A stretch of DNA of 64,000 nucleotides from NCBI GenBank assembly GCA_021371795.1, contig JAJFVK010000020.1, positions 30,160-94,159 of the forward strand. The letters run 5' to 3'. The stretch's first letter is position 1. Each line of letters begins with the position of its first letter. The position numbers were made by a program, and so were the translations under genes. The notes beneath the pieces were generated by a model. That model searched no databases. It was given only the letters and a program-made list of their open reading frames with translations, and was not told where the DNA came from. Source of the stretch: Planctomycetaceae bacterium. GTDB lineage: Bacteria; Planctomycetota; Phycisphaerae; Sedimentisphaerales; UBA12454. Shown here in pieces: positions 17,900 through 27,583 of the stretch.

Positions 17900-18703
17900 T
17901 TAAATACCGTGAATTTTGCTGCATTGAATAAGCAGTTTTTCGACCCATTCAATCGGCATAACGGTTGACGCATCGGATTTTGCGTTTTTGGGGTCGGTGT
18001 GTACTTCAAGGAACAAACCATCCGCTCCGGCGGCAACTGCGGCCTTGGCAAGAACCGGGGACATTTCTCGGCAACCAGCTGAAGCATTGCCGAGTCCGCC
18101 GGGCTGCTGGGTACTGTGGGTGGCGTCAAAAATGACAGGGCAGCCGAATTTTTTCATCGCAGGGATAGCCGTCATATCGTTCACAAGGCGATTGTAGCCA
18201 AAAAATGTGCCGCGTTCGGTGAGCATAATCTTTTCATTGCCAGTCGAACGAATTTTATCAACGGCGTTCTTCATTTCATCAGGCGACATAAACTGGCCTT
18301 TTTTGACGTTGATTGGTTTTCCGGTTTTTCCGCAAGCGGCCAGCAGGTCGGTCTGGCGGCAAAGAAAAGCGGGGATTTGCAGGCAGTCAACAACTTTGGC
18401 AACTTGGACAACCTGCGAGACTTCGTGAACGTCAGTGAGTATCGGCATAGAAGTTTTCTTTCTGACGTTATCAAGAATCGCAAGACCTTTTTCCATTCCG
18501 GGGCCGCGGAAACTTTCGATGCTGCTGCGGTTGGCTTTGTCGAAACTCGCTTTGAATATGACAGGCACGCCGGTTTTTTTGCTGATGTCGAGAAGTTTGG
18601 CCGCTATGTCGAGACAGATTTGTTCTGATTCAATTACGCACGGGCCGGCGATAACAAATAATCCGGCGTTTGGTTCGATTTTTATATTGCCAATGTTAAA
18701 CAT
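17900..18703 (-). CDS. kdsA: 3-deoxy-8-phosphooctulonate (KDO8P) synthase
   Basis: Motifs: FVIAGPCVIES, FKASFDKANRSS, PILTDVHE, LQIPAFLCRQTDLL, NVKKGQF, FDATHS.QQPGG. Start moved to ATG 18703 (MFNIGN...). Confidence 0.9.
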   Translation of the reverse strand: MFNIGNIKIEPNAGLFVIAGPCVIESEQICLDIAAKLLDISKKTGVPVIFKASFDKANRSSIESFRGPGMEKGLAILDNVRKKTSMPILTDVHEVSQVVQVAKVVDCLQIPAFLCRQTDLLAACGKTGKPINVKKGQFMSPDEMKNAVDKIRSTGNEKIMLTERGTFFGYNRLVNDMTAIPAMKKFGCPVIFDATHSTQQPGGLGNASAGCREMSPVLAKAAVAAGADGLFLEVHTDPKNAKSDASTVMPIEWVEKLLIQCSKIHGI

Positions 18704-18770
18704 AAGATTTATTTTCCTAAAAAAACGTGGATTCCCCCACAGGGGTTGTAACCGCCTTTCGCGGGAACAC

Positions 18771-19712
18771 TTACTCAAAGATTCTGAAAATTCTTCTACG
18801 CATACCGATAGGTTGTCCTTTCGGCGGGACGAGAACCTTCACAGCCTGCGGAACAATGGAAATTTCCAAAGGCAGTTCCGGGCCGGGGTCGCCGTCAAGT
18901 TCAGACCTGACGTAACTGTTGGACGAAATTTTTATTTTTTTGCATTGCTTATATATTACGCTTTTGCATCTTCGGTGGCTTTTCAACATAGTCATAAGCG
19001 ACTGATATGCCAGCGAAATCTGATTCGAACATTTATAAATACAAATGTCGAGCAGACCGTCACCGAAATCAGCAGCCTGCAAAATTGGAATGCCGATCGC
19101 ATAACGTGAAATATTTCCGAAAATGGCGATGCCGCGGTCGGAAAAAACTACACGGTCGTCAATTTCAATGTTAATGACAGGGAATTTATAACCGAAAAAT
19201 GTTTTCATAATCGGGAAAAAATAATGCAGGTGAGTGATATTTCCCTGTCTTTTTTCGCTAACAAGCCGAACGATATCGCCGTCAAAACCTACACCGCCGA
19301 CAGAAGTGAAAAAGGTGTCGTTGGCTTTGCACAGGTCGAGAGGGTGGAGAATGTTCGCCTCGAAAATTTCAATCCAGTGCTTTACTGACTTTTTGTAGCC
19401 AAGTTCATTTGCAAGCAGATTTTCAGTTCCGCTGGGCAAAAGCATAAGCGGTTTGTCGCTGCCTTCAAGGCCGTGGACTACTTCGCGAATCGTGCCGTCG
19501 CCGCCTGCGACGATTACCATCATGCAATTGAATTTTACCGCAGATTCAGCGGCCAGCGAACGGGCGTGCAAAAGCGATTTAGTCTGATTGACCTGCAACT
19601 GAAATTTTTTCGAATATAAATATTCGATGAATTCATTCACGGCGTGCTTTTCACTGCTTGCGCCGGAGCTTGCGTTCACTATTATAGATATATAACCATT
19701 TTCAGGATTCAT
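18771..19712 (-). CDS. Diacylglycerol-kinase-family lipid kinase (YegS/BmrU type)
   Basis: Motifs: VIVAGGDGTIREVV, LLPSGTENLLANELG. Confidence 0.8.
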   Translation of the reverse strand: MNPENGYISIIVNASSGASSEKHAVNEFIEYLYSKKFQLQVNQTKSLLHARSLAAESAVKFNCMMVIVAGGDGTIREVVHGLEGSDKPLMLLPSGTENLLANELGYKKSVKHWIEIFEANILHPLDLCKANDTFFTSVGGVGFDGDIVRLVSEKRQGNITHLHYFFPIMKTFFGYKFPVINIEIDDRVVFSDRGIAIFGNISRYAIGIPILQAADFGDGLLDICIYKCSNQISLAYQSLMTMLKSHRRCKSVIYKQCKKIKISSNSYVRSELDGDPGPELPLEISIVPQAVKVLVPPKGQPIGMRRRIFRIFE

Positions 19713-20278
19713 TATTTCTTTTCAAATGAAATACTTCTTGTTTTCAGGCCTGCGTTTTTAATCGCTTCCTCCATAAGATGAGCGTAGCTTAACGGCTGAT
19801 GCTGAATATTCTCAAGGCCGAGTTCTTTTTGTACCTGCTCAATAACCACATCATCCGGCCCTTCGATTTCCACGAATTTGCCCAGCATCGGCAATTCATC
19901 AAGAGCGACTTTGCAATTCTTATAATCCCACAGGCTTCGCTTTTTCTCAAGCGTAAGTCTCGCGGTATATCCGAGCTGTTCAAACAATTCCGCCAACTCA
20001 TCGGCTTTGTCAACTTTCAATCCGATTTCACGCCGGCTCTTGAAGCGGTGGTTTTCTCTTGCGCCTTTGTACGTCAGTTCAATCGCCCGGCCAATGTGAT
20101 TAATGTGCGTTCGTATTCGCAGGCACCTGTCTGACTTTACGAGCGAATCCTTGTTGTCGTCATAATAAGAATCGATTTGCAGAAAATCGCCCTCAAATTT
20201 TGCGCCAAGCTGCTGCAATTTTTGCGCAGTCTGCTGAAAATCGTCAACTTTTAGTTTTATCTCTATTTCTAAAGCCAT
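19712..20278 (-). CDS. CYTH-domain protein (class IV adenylate cyclase / triphosphate tunnel metalloenzyme)
   Basis: N-terminal EIEIK (ExExK) signature, then LRIR...TYKG...KSRREI...LDEL..LG.FVEIE. The stop overlaps the next start by 1 nt (TAATG). Confidence 0.75.
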   Translation of the reverse strand: MALEIEIKLKVDDFQQTAQKLQQLGAKFEGDFLQIDSYYDDNKDSLVKSDRCLRIRTHINHIGRAIELTYKGARENHRFKSRREIGLKVDKADELAELFEQLGYTARLTLEKKRSLWDYKNCKVALDELPMLGKFVEIEGPDDVVIEQVQKELGLENIQHQPLSYAHLMEEAIKNAGLKTRSISFEKK

Positions 20279-20281
20279 CAG

Positions 20282-22939
20282 TTATCCTATAACAATGTTT
20301 ACCAGACGAGATTTGATGACGATTATCTTTTTAATCTCTTTGCCTGCGATTGACGATGCGACTTTTTCACAGGCAAGAGCTTTTTGCTTTATTTCATCTT
20401 CATCTGCTTCGGCGGAAACGACAATCTTATCCTTAATTTTGCCCAGAACCTGAACGGCCAGCTCAATCTCTTTTTCTTTTGCGAGATTTTCATCGAACTT
20501 CGGCCAAGTTTCATAAGCCAGCGTGTTCGTATGTCCGAGCATCTGCCAGATTTCTTCGGCAATGTGCGGGGCAAGAGGGGCCAGAATGAGAACAAAAGCT
20601 TCAATTGTCTTTTTCGGCCTTGTTTCGAGTTTAATCAGATGATTTACGAATATCATCATTTGACTAATCGCGGTATTGAAGCGGAACGTATCGATATTCT
20701 GCGTAACTTTCTTTATAGATTGATGCAGCAGCCGGAGCGTTTCTTCATCGGCATCGACATCTTTTATACTGCTGTGTATCAGGCCGGTTTGCTCGTCAAC
20801 GACGCATCGCCAGAATTTATTCAAAAATCTGTGTACGCCTTCGACGCCCTGCATACTCCACGGCTTTGTCGCTTCAAGCGGGCCCATAAACATTTCATAA
20901 AGTCTCATCGAATCCGCGCCATACTCGTCGATGACTTTGTCCGGGTTGACAACGTTGCCGCGGGACTTGCTCATCTTCTGATTGTCTTGGCCGAGAATCA
21001 TACCCTGATTTATTAATTTCTTGAACGGCTCGGGCGTGCTGACGTATCCCAAATCGAAAAGCAGTTTGTGCCAGAATCGTGAATAAAGCAAATGCAGCAC
21101 AGCGTGTTCCGCTCCGCCGATATATAAATCGACCGGCATCCAATATTTTTCTTTCTGCTTTTCCCACGCAGCCTGATTGTTTTTCGGGTCGAGATACCGC
21201 AGATAATACCAACAGCTTCCAGCCCATTGCGGCATTGTATTGGTTTCGCGTTTCGCTTTTTTGCCGTTTGGCAGTTCGACGTTGAGCCAATTTTCAATTT
21301 TGGCCAAAGGCGACAATCCGCTGTCCGACGGTTTGAAATTATCAGTTTCAGGAAGCGTCAGCGGCAAATATTTTTCATCGAGCGCGATTATCCGGCCGTC
21401 CTCAAGATGCAGCAGGGGGAACGGTTCGCCCCAATAACGCTGGCGACTGAAAAGCCAATCGCGAAGTTTATAATTAACCGCTTTTTTGCCCAGCCCGTTT
21501 TCGTCGAGCCAGTTTGTAATTTTTTCTTTGAATTCCGCTGTCGGCAGGCCGTTAAATTCACCGCTGTTGATTGCGATGCCTTCGCCAGTGAAACAATATT
21601 CGCCTTTTTCGATTTTCTCTGCCAGTGCTTTGTCGTCTTTAGGTTCGACAACCGGAATTATTGGCAGATTGAATTTCTTAGCAAATTCAAAATCTCTTTC
21701 ATCATGAGCAGGTACGCTCATAATCGCGCCTGTGCCGTAGCTACTCAGAACGTAATCGCTAATCCAGATTGGAATTTTCGTTTCATTTACAGGATTAATC
21801 GCATACGCGCCGGTGAATACGCCTGATTTATCTTTAGCGAGGTCTGTTCGGTCGAGGTCGCTCTTGCTTTGCGCGAGTTTTTTGTAATCTTCAATCGCCT
21901 GTTTCTGCTCGGCGGTAGTTATTTCATCGACAATCGGATGTTCCGGTGCAAGAACCATATATGTTGCACCGAAAAGCGTATCGGGACGTGTCGTAAAGAC
22001 GGTGATTATTTCATCGAAGCCGTCAACTTTAAAATCGACTTCCGCGCCGATGCTTTTGCCAATCCAGTCGGTTTGCAGTTTTTTTATAGATGTCGGCCAA
22101 TCGACGAGTTTTAAATCGTCTTCGAGCCTGTCCGCGTATTTTGTGATTCGCAGCATCCACTGACGCATCGGTTTGCGAACGACAGGATGTCCGCCGCGTT
22201 CGGAGACGCCGCCGATGACTTCTTCATTGGCTAAAACTGTGCCAAGCTCCGGACACCAGTTTACGGCTACTTCATCTTCATACGCTAAACGCTGACTGTT
22301 AAGGAATTCTTCCTGTTCTTCTTTTGCCAGTTCGCTCCAGTTGCGAACGCCGCCTGCGATTCCCATAACCGCAGGAATCGGATTTGCCTCAACAATTTCG
22401 CCGTCCGTACCGATGTACAATTTTCCGTTTTCGAGATTTTTTATAAGCTCGGAAATTGGTTTTGCTTTTTGTTCCATCTGGTCGAAATAGCTGTTGAACA
22501 ATTTCAGGAAAATCCACTGTGTCCATTTATAATAACCGGGGTCGGTAGTATCAACCTGTCTGTCCCAATCGTACGAAAAACCGAGGTCTTTGATTTGCCT
22601 TCGCATATTATTGATATTCTGCTGGGTTGTGATGGCAGGGTGTGTGCCGGTTTTGACGGCATACTGCTCTGCGGGCAGGCCGAATGCGTCCCAGCCGATT
22701 GGATGCAGGACATTGAAGCCGTTCATTCTTTTGTAACGCGCGACAATGTCGCTTGCGGTGTAGCCTTCCGGATGACCGACGTGAAGACCCTGTGCCGATG
22801 GGTAGGGGAACATATCAAGCACATAATACTTTGGCTTGTCGGAATTATCCTTAGCGGCGAAGGTCTTGCCGGTTTCCCAGTAAGTCTGCCACTTTTTCTC
22901 TATTTCGTTGAAGTTGTAAATTCCTTTTGGTTCGTCCAT
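20282..22939 (-). CDS. leuS: Leucine--tRNA ligase
   Basis: HVGHPEGY (HIGH) and KMSKS motifs. 885 aa. Confidence 0.95.
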   Translation of the reverse strand: MDEPKGIYNFNEIEKKWQTYWETGKTFAAKDNSDKPKYYVLDMFPYPSAQGLHVGHPEGYTASDIVARYKRMNGFNVLHPIGWDAFGLPAEQYAVKTGTHPAITTQQNINNMRRQIKDLGFSYDWDRQVDTTDPGYYKWTQWIFLKLFNSYFDQMEQKAKPISELIKNLENGKLYIGTDGEIVEANPIPAVMGIAGGVRNWSELAKEEQEEFLNSQRLAYEDEVAVNWCPELGTVLANEEVIGGVSERGGHPVVRKPMRQWMLRITKYADRLEDDLKLVDWPTSIKKLQTDWIGKSIGAEVDFKVDGFDEIITVFTTRPDTLFGATYMVLAPEHPIVDEITTAEQKQAIEDYKKLAQSKSDLDRTDLAKDKSGVFTGAYAINPVNETKIPIWISDYVLSSYGTGAIMSVPAHDERDFEFAKKFNLPIIPVVEPKDDKALAEKIEKGEYCFTGEGIAINSGEFNGLPTAEFKEKITNWLDENGLGKKAVNYKLRDWLFSRQRYWGEPFPLLHLEDGRIIALDEKYLPLTLPETDNFKPSDSGLSPLAKIENWLNVELPNGKKAKRETNTMPQWAGSCWYYLRYLDPKNNQAAWEKQKEKYWMPVDLYIGGAEHAVLHLLYSRFWHKLLFDLGYVSTPEPFKKLINQGMILGQDNQKMSKSRGNVVNPDKVIDEYGADSMRLYEMFMGPLEATKPWSMQGVEGVHRFLNKFWRCVVDEQTGLIHSSIKDVDADEETLRLLHQSIKKVTQNIDTFRFNTAISQMMIFVNHLIKLETRPKKTIEAFVLILAPLAPHIAEEIWQMLGHTNTLAYETWPKFDENLAKEKEIELAVQVLGKIKDKIVVSAEADEDEIKQKALACEKVASSIAGKEIKKIIVIKSRLVNIVIG

Positions 22940-22943
22940 TTTT

Positions 22944-23162
22944 TTAGTGTCCTGAATGAGGGCATGTTCCGTGCGATGGGCAGGTATGACATTTACTGCC
23001 TGCTGACGGAGTTTTTACCACTGCTGAAAAGGTTGAAAACTGTTTGGTAAGTTTTTTACCGCCGCAGGAAGGGCAGATGTGCGATTCTTTGGAACTCATC
23101 GATTTTTCGAGGAATTCATTGACCTTACCGCATTTTTCACATTTGTATTCAATAATAGGCAT
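22944..23162 (-). CDS. FmdB-family zinc-ribbon protein
   Basis: [12 protein letters not shown]....CPSCGG. Lies 4 nt upstream of leuS. Start moved to ATG 23162. Confidence 0.7.
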   Translation of the reverse strand: MPIIEYKCEKCGKVNEFLEKSMSSKESHICPSCGGKKLTKQFSTFSAVVKTPSAGSKCHTCPSHGTCPHSGH

Positions 23163-23437
23163 AGTAACGCAAATCAAATATCAAAATTGTTCCCCTCTGA
23201 TTTTGCTCTTCAAGTCCCCGCAAGGGGGATTGTAAGTAGCAAAATCCTGAAGATTCGGGGATTACAGGATTGCCGCTTTACGGCAGACTATCCATATATA
23301 TTAAAGACAAGCAGTATAACCTTTTATATTCCAGAGGCAAGGAAAAGGTTAAGAAAAAAAGCAATTTAGGGGTGTTTATATTGTTAATTTGGGTTTTGAT
23401 GCATCAATTTAACATTTTTGTTAAATTAATGCATTCT

Positions 23438-23494
23438 GTAGGGGCGAACCTATGCGTTCGCCCTTATTGGGCAGACACACAGGTCTGCCCCTAC
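23438..23494 (+). repeat. REP-like double-hairpin element, copy 1
   Basis: GTAGGGGCGAAC CTATGC GTTCGCCC TTATT GGGCAGAC ACACAG GTCTGCCCCTAC. Lies 47 nt beyond the transposase stop. Confidence 0.85.
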
Positions 23495-23540
23495 GTTAGT
23501 ATTTTTTGAGCAAATACACAGGTTGCCAATATTGCTGTTT

Positions 23541-24152
23541 TTATTTTTGGAATAATTCGTCGTCCTCCCAGTTTGAAGGATTTTTCAAAATATATTCGCG
23601 GATTTGTCCCAATGAAATTTCATTTCGAATGATATGTTCATAATAATTTCTTTGCCATAATGTTCCCTTGAATGGTTTCCAGTCGTTTTGTTTTACATTA
23701 CGGATATATTCATTAGTTGTCATTGTTTTGTACCACTGAACAATTTTGCTTATGGGTGTATGTTGTAGGGGCGAATCTATGTGTTCGCCATTTTTATTTT
23801 CTGGGCAGACACGTAGGTCTGCCCCTACAAGTTTATCTTTAGTGTTCGGTCTTGCAATAGCATTTAATTTGGTGTCGATTATATTGATAATGCCGTGAAA
23901 GTGGTTCGGCATAATCACATAAAGGTCTGTTTGAACGTTGGGGAACTTGCAGCTTACTTCTTTCCACCAACGCTCAATCATATTGCCGGCATTATTTAAA
24001 ACCATAAATCCTTTTTCGATATTGCCGAATGCAGGCTGACAATAATGAGTGCAAATGGTAATGAAATAATAACCGACTTTTGAATAGTCATACCCCCTTA
24101 ATCTAATTGAATGACGATGATGTATTTTGGGATCATATTCATTAGTTGGCAT
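23541..24152 (-). CDS. REP-associated tyrosine transposase (RAYT; IS200/IS605-like Y1 HUH transposase)
   Basis: Motifs: IRLRGYDYS..GYYFITICT, HUH motif MPNHFHGII, catalytic Tyr region LWQRNYYEHIIRNE, C-terminal YILKNPSNW. Confidence 0.8.
   Translation of the reverse strand: MPTNEYDPKIHHRHSIRLRGYDYSKVGYYFITICTHYCQPAFGNIEKGFMVLNNAGNMIERWWKEVSCKFPNVQTDLYVIMPNHFHGIINIIDTKLNAIARPNTKDKLVGADLRVCPENKNGEHIDSPLQHTPISKIVQWYKTMTTNEYIRNVKQNDWKPFKGTLWQRNYYEHIIRNEISLGQIREYILKNPSNWEDDELFQK
23765..23828 (+). repeat. REP-like element, copy 2, embedded in frame in the RAYT ORF
   Basis: Same two hairpins with a 7-nt longer linker. Encodes VGADLRVCPENKNGEHIDSPLQ (aa 109-130). Confidence 0.8.
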
Positions 24153-24191
24153 GTTTTATACCATTGAATGATTTTGCTTATGGGTATTGTT

Positions 24192-24248
24192 GTAGGGGCG
24201 AACCTATGTGTTCGCCCTTATTGTGCAGACACACAGGTCTGCCCCTAC
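24192..24248 (+). repeat. REP-like element, copy 3
   Basis: 55 of 57 nt identical to copy 1. Lies 40 nt upstream of the RAYT start and 8 nt from the stop of the next gene. Confidence 0.85.
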
Positions 24249-24255
24249 GAAAATA

Positions 24256-25503
24256 TCAATCTATGAATATACGTTTTATGTGCCGGTCGAAGATGTTTTC
24301 GGTTACGGTTTGGGCAATCGTATCCTCAAATTTTTCCAAGGCGTTGATGTATCGTGCACCTATATTGGCGGCGATTTTATAGCCGACGTGGATTAACTGC
24401 CGGAAGTTAAGATTGTAGTCCTTGCAATCCAAATCGTGGCGAAGGGTGTTTGCGTATTTTTCGCTGTCCCATTTTGCGACTTCACTCGCTGTCGGAAGTT
24501 GTGCTTTATTGATGTCGATAACTGTCGCGTACGGCCCGCAAAGTTCGTCGAAATGTTCGAGAGCCTGTTTGTAAACATCTTTTGCGATGACAAGACCCTC
24601 TCCGCCGGCAATCGCAAGACCGATGATTTCTTCAAGCCATGTTGTGCCTGCTGTTTTCAAATGCAGTCCCGCGCCGGTTTTTTTCAACACTCTTTTAATC
24701 GGCGCGTAAATAGAAAATTTATCGCTGCCGGAATGAACGCTTAATTTCAGATTAGCGGGCAGACCGAATTCCTTAATCGCGAAATTAATTACCGCGATGT
24801 CCTCGTTGAATTCTTTCTCAAATTGTTTTACATCGCCGACATAATCGACACCTTTATTAAATCTGCCTGTGAATTTTGGTGCGATTGTTTGAGCCGGTAT
24901 TTTTTCAGCGGCAATTGCAGACAGAATGAAAAACATCTCGACCGGACTTTGCGGCTGATTCGATTCATCCATCGAAACTTCTGTAACGAAATTATCCGCA
25001 CCTTTCTTGTTGGCGACGTGTCTGAAAATCTCGCCTGCCTTTTTTACGGCAAGCAGAAATTTTGAGCCGATGTTTTCAAGGTCGCTTTGTGTGATGTTGA
25101 ATTTTCCGTCGATGCCGGGAATCGACAATGTACCGAGGAATTTCTTGTTTTGGGCTATAAATGCGTTTAAGGTCTTTTCTTCGCATTTCTGGCCGATGTA
25201 ATCCGCGACATCGAGGGTGAAGAAATTGCTCGGCTCGATAAACGAATCGACTGTGCTCAAATTGATATGGTCTGCGTCAACATAATATGAATCTTTCCAG
25301 CCGAAGAATTTCACGGCGGCATCAGCTTCGGCACGCAGGTCGGCAGGCTTTGTGCCGATGATGGAATGTTCGCGGTTCGACTTGTTCCAGACGGGCACTA
25401 AATTACAGCCTCGCTGTTTTGCTTTTATTATAGCTGCCAGTTGTGCTTTGCCCTGATGCGCGAATCTGTCGCCTGTGCCGATGGAATATTTTTCAATCTT
25501 CAT
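24256..25503 (-). CDS. uxaE: Probable tagaturonate/fructuronate epimerase (UxaE family)
   Basis: The N-terminus MKIEKYSIGTGDRFAHQGKAQL...PVWNKSNREH...YYVDADHI resembles UxaE-family proteins as I remember them. Start moved to ATG 25503. Confidence 0.55.
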   Translation of the reverse strand: MKIEKYSIGTGDRFAHQGKAQLAAIIKAKQRGCNLVPVWNKSNREHSIIGTKPADLRAEADAAVKFFGWKDSYYVDADHINLSTVDSFIEPSNFFTLDVADYIGQKCEEKTLNAFIAQNKKFLGTLSIPGIDGKFNITQSDLENIGSKFLLAVKKAGEIFRHVANKKGADNFVTEVSMDESNQPQSPVEMFFILSAIAAEKIPAQTIAPKFTGRFNKGVDYVGDVKQFEKEFNEDIAVINFAIKEFGLPANLKLSVHSGSDKFSIYAPIKRVLKKTGAGLHLKTAGTTWLEEIIGLAIAGGEGLVIAKDVYKQALEHFDELCGPYATVIDINKAQLPTASEVAKWDSEKYANTLRHDLDCKDYNLNFRQLIHVGYKIAANIGARYINALEKFEDTIAQTVTENIFDRHIKRIFID

Positions 25504-25522
25504 ATTAAATTCCTGAAAAAAA

Positions 25523-26215
25523 TTATGCAGAAGTATTTTTCTGTTCGGATAACTCCGTTGTATGTTCCGTATGTTCCAGATGTTTGGCAATGGCTTTGGC
25601 GGCACTTTTGACATCTCGTGATGCCAAAGCCGCAAGCATTTTTTTGTGATAACTAATCGCGTAATCAACTTCCGCCTCATAAATACTTGAAAAAACCTGT
25701 GTGTATTTATGATAATCCGCGATTGAGGCGAAAGCGGTAATCAGGGGCATATTTCCAGTCGCGTGTATGATTGTCTGATGAAATTCCATATCGAACTTGA
25801 AGAAATCCAGAAGATTATCCTTCGACTGTTCCATTTTTTCGATAAGTTTTTCGAGATACTCAAGCTGGTCGTCATTTATTTTTTCGCAGGCAAGAGTAAT
25901 TGCCGCTGTTTCAATTGCTTTGCGGGCGTAAATGATGTCAGCAATAGAAACGCTCTCAAAATCCCTCGGCAGCAAATGTGTCGGCAGTTTTTTTTGCGAA
26001 ACTTTCTGAACATACGCGCCGGAGCCGGCCTTGATTTTGACAACGCCGAGTTTTTCGAGGTCGTAGAAAGCCTGGCGGACAGTGCCTCGGCTTAAGTTAT
26101 ACTGTTTGCAAAGCTGGCGTTCTGCCGGCAGACGTGCACCATCGCCAAAAGAGCCTGAAGCAATCGCGGCAATCAGTTCCCGCACAAGTTTAGTATGTAA
26201 TAATTCCTTATTCAT
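25523..26215 (-). CDS. GntR-family regulator, FadR/FCD subfamily
   Basis: Winged HTH LPAERQLCKQYNLSRGTVRQAFYDLEKLGVV, followed by a helical FCD-like C-domain. Confidence 0.8.
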   Translation of the reverse strand: MNKELLHTKLVRELIAAIASGSFGDGARLPAERQLCKQYNLSRGTVRQAFYDLEKLGVVKIKAGSGAYVQKVSQKKLPTHLLPRDFESVSIADIIYARKAIETAAITLACEKINDDQLEYLEKLIEKMEQSKDNLLDFFKFDMEFHQTIIHATGNMPLITAFASIADYHKYTQVFSSIYEAEVDYAISYHKKMLAALASRDVKSAAKAIAKHLEHTEHTTELSEQKNTSA

Positions 26216-26230
26216 TGATACATGTCAACT

Positions 26231-26264
26231 AATTGGTATAATTGGTATAATTTATATACCAATT
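26231..26264. promoter_or_regulatory. Candidate GntR/FadR-type operator
   Basis: Perfect inverted repeat AATTGGTATA-ATTTA-TATACCAATT (26240-26264), plus an extra direct half-site at 26231-26240. Lies 16-49 nt upstream of the regulator start. Confidence 0.5.
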
Positions 26265-26279
26265 TTAGAGTTTCGTCAA
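26251..26279 (-). promoter_or_regulatory. Candidate promoter of the gntR-uxaE operon
   Basis: On the minus strand, TTGACG (26279-26274), 17 nt spacer, TATAAA (26256-26251). It overlaps the palindrome. Confidence 0.4.
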
Positions 26280-26372
26280 GACAAAAAGTTTGACGATGGC
26301 GGCCAACCCATTATAATTTCTGAAATTGCTGAAGTTTTAAAATATTGATTTTGCAAGACAAAGGATACTGTT

Positions 26373-27242
26373 ATGAAATTCAGGGCATTATTAGTTTTTG
26401 TTGTAGCGGCGATGACATCTTATTGCGGCGCAAGAAATTTTATGGTTCAGTCTTTTGACGGCCAGCTAATCAGCTATAACGTGTTCGGAAGCGGAGACGT
26501 TACGCTTGTATTTGTTCACGGCTGGGCGGGCGACAGCAGGTATTGGAAATATCAGATTCCGGCTTTTGTCAGCAAATACAGAGTTGTCGCAATCGACAGC
26601 GCAGGGCAAGGCCATTCCGAACAGACGCGAGATGTGTACACGCTTGAAGCCTTCGGCAAAGATGTTAAGGCTGTTGTTGATGATATTAACGCGACGAAAG
26701 TTATTTTAATCGGACACTCTATGGGTGATGGCGTTATCGCCGAGGCGGAGAAATTAATGCCTGAAAAGGTCATCGGTCTTATCGGCGTGGACAATATAAA
26801 TAACCTTGAACAGAGTATGCCCAAAGAAGAATTTGAAAAACTTATCAGCGGAATGGAAAAAGATTTTAAAGCGGAGGTCAGGAAATTTATCGAGCCGATG
26901 CTCGGCAAAAGTATGAAGCCGGAGTTGCGAAAATGGATTGTCGATGATATTTGCTGTCAGAACCCCCGCGTCGGCATAATCGCGGTAAAAGAATATGTTG
27001 CTCGCTACGACAATCTCGGAATGGCAAATACATACAAACAGGTCAAAGCTCCGGTTCGCTGCATAAACTCCGATTTGTACCCGACTAATCCGGAAGTAAA
27101 TCGCAAATATATAACTTCGTTCGAGGTTGCGATAATGCCCGGCTGCGGCCATTTTCCGATGCTCGAACGGCCGGAAGAATTCAATAAACACCTGCACAAA
27201 TATGTGAAGGAATTAATAAGTTTAAGCAAAGCGAAAAAATAA
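26373..27242 (+). CDS. Secreted alpha/beta-fold hydrolase
   Basis: Signal peptide, HGWAG oxyanion region, nucleophile elbow GHSMG, C-terminal GHFP. Confidence 0.75.
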   Translation: MKFRALLVFVVAAMTSYCGARNFMVQSFDGQLISYNVFGSGDVTLVFVHGWAGDSRYWKYQIPAFVSKYRVVAIDSAGQGHSEQTRDVYTLEAFGKDVKAVVDDINATKVILIGHSMGDGVIAEAEKLMPEKVIGLIGVDNINNLEQSMPKEEFEKLISGMEKDFKAEVRKFIEPMLGKSMKPELRKWIVDDICCQNPRVGIIAVKEYVARYDNLGMANTYKQVKAPVRCINSDLYPTNPEVNRKYITSFEVAIMPGCGHFPMLERPEEFNKHLHKYVKELISLSKAKK

Positions 27243-27538
27243 TGGGTAAATCGCCGGAACGCAAAGGGCAATATTGGGTTTACATCCTCAAGTGCAATGA
27301 CGGTACATTTTACACCGGCTACACGAACAATCTTGCAAACCGTGTCGCATTGCACAACAGCGGCAGGGGCGCAAAATATGTAAGAAATAAATTGCCTGCC
27401 GTGCTGGTTTATGCTAAAGAATACCGCTATTATAAAAGTGCTTTGAATGGCGAAATAGCTGTTAAAAGATTAACCAGAAAACGAAAAGAAAAACTGATAA
27501 GAATATATGAAAATAATAAACAAGGTGAATGTGTTTGA
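27242..27538 (+). CDS. GIY-YIG nuclease-family protein (YhbQ-like)
   Basis: YWVYILKCNDGTFYTGYTNNLANRVALHN.G.GAKY. The start overlaps the upstream stop (TAATG). Confidence 0.8.
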   Translation: MGKSPERKGQYWVYILKCNDGTFYTGYTNNLANRVALHNSGRGAKYVRNKLPAVLVYAKEYRYYKSALNGEIAVKRLTRKRKEKLIRIYENNKQGECV

Positions 27539-27543
27539 AAGCC

Positions 27544-27583
27544 GTCCCCGCAGGTTTGCTGCGGCAAACCTAAACGCGGGGAC
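27544..27583 (+). other. Nested GC hairpin
   Basis: Outer stem GTCCCCGC/GCGGGGAC encloses inner stem AGGTTTGC-TGCG-GCAAACCT. Confidence 0.6.

Larger units (their letters stand above)
23438..24248 (-). mobile_element. REP-like element / RAYT unit (REPtron-like)
   Basis: A Y1 HUH transposase gene bracketed by two near-identical double-hairpin elements, with a third copy inside the ORF. Confidence 0.65.

Noticed and set aside
18116-19109. 170-aa and 224-aa plus-strand ORFs
   Set aside because: They lie antisense to kdsA and the lipid kinase, both of which have clear family motifs.
23270-23509. 79-aa ORF, and the similar ORF at 24146-24382, containing VGANLCVRPYWADTQVCPY / GEPMCSPLLCRHTGLPL
   Set aside because: These peptides are read-through translations of the REP-like hairpin elements, not genes.
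22940-23540. T-box or other leader upstream of leuS
   Set aside because: leuS starts 4 nt after the fmdB-like gene. The region upstream of that gene shows no specifier or T-box features.
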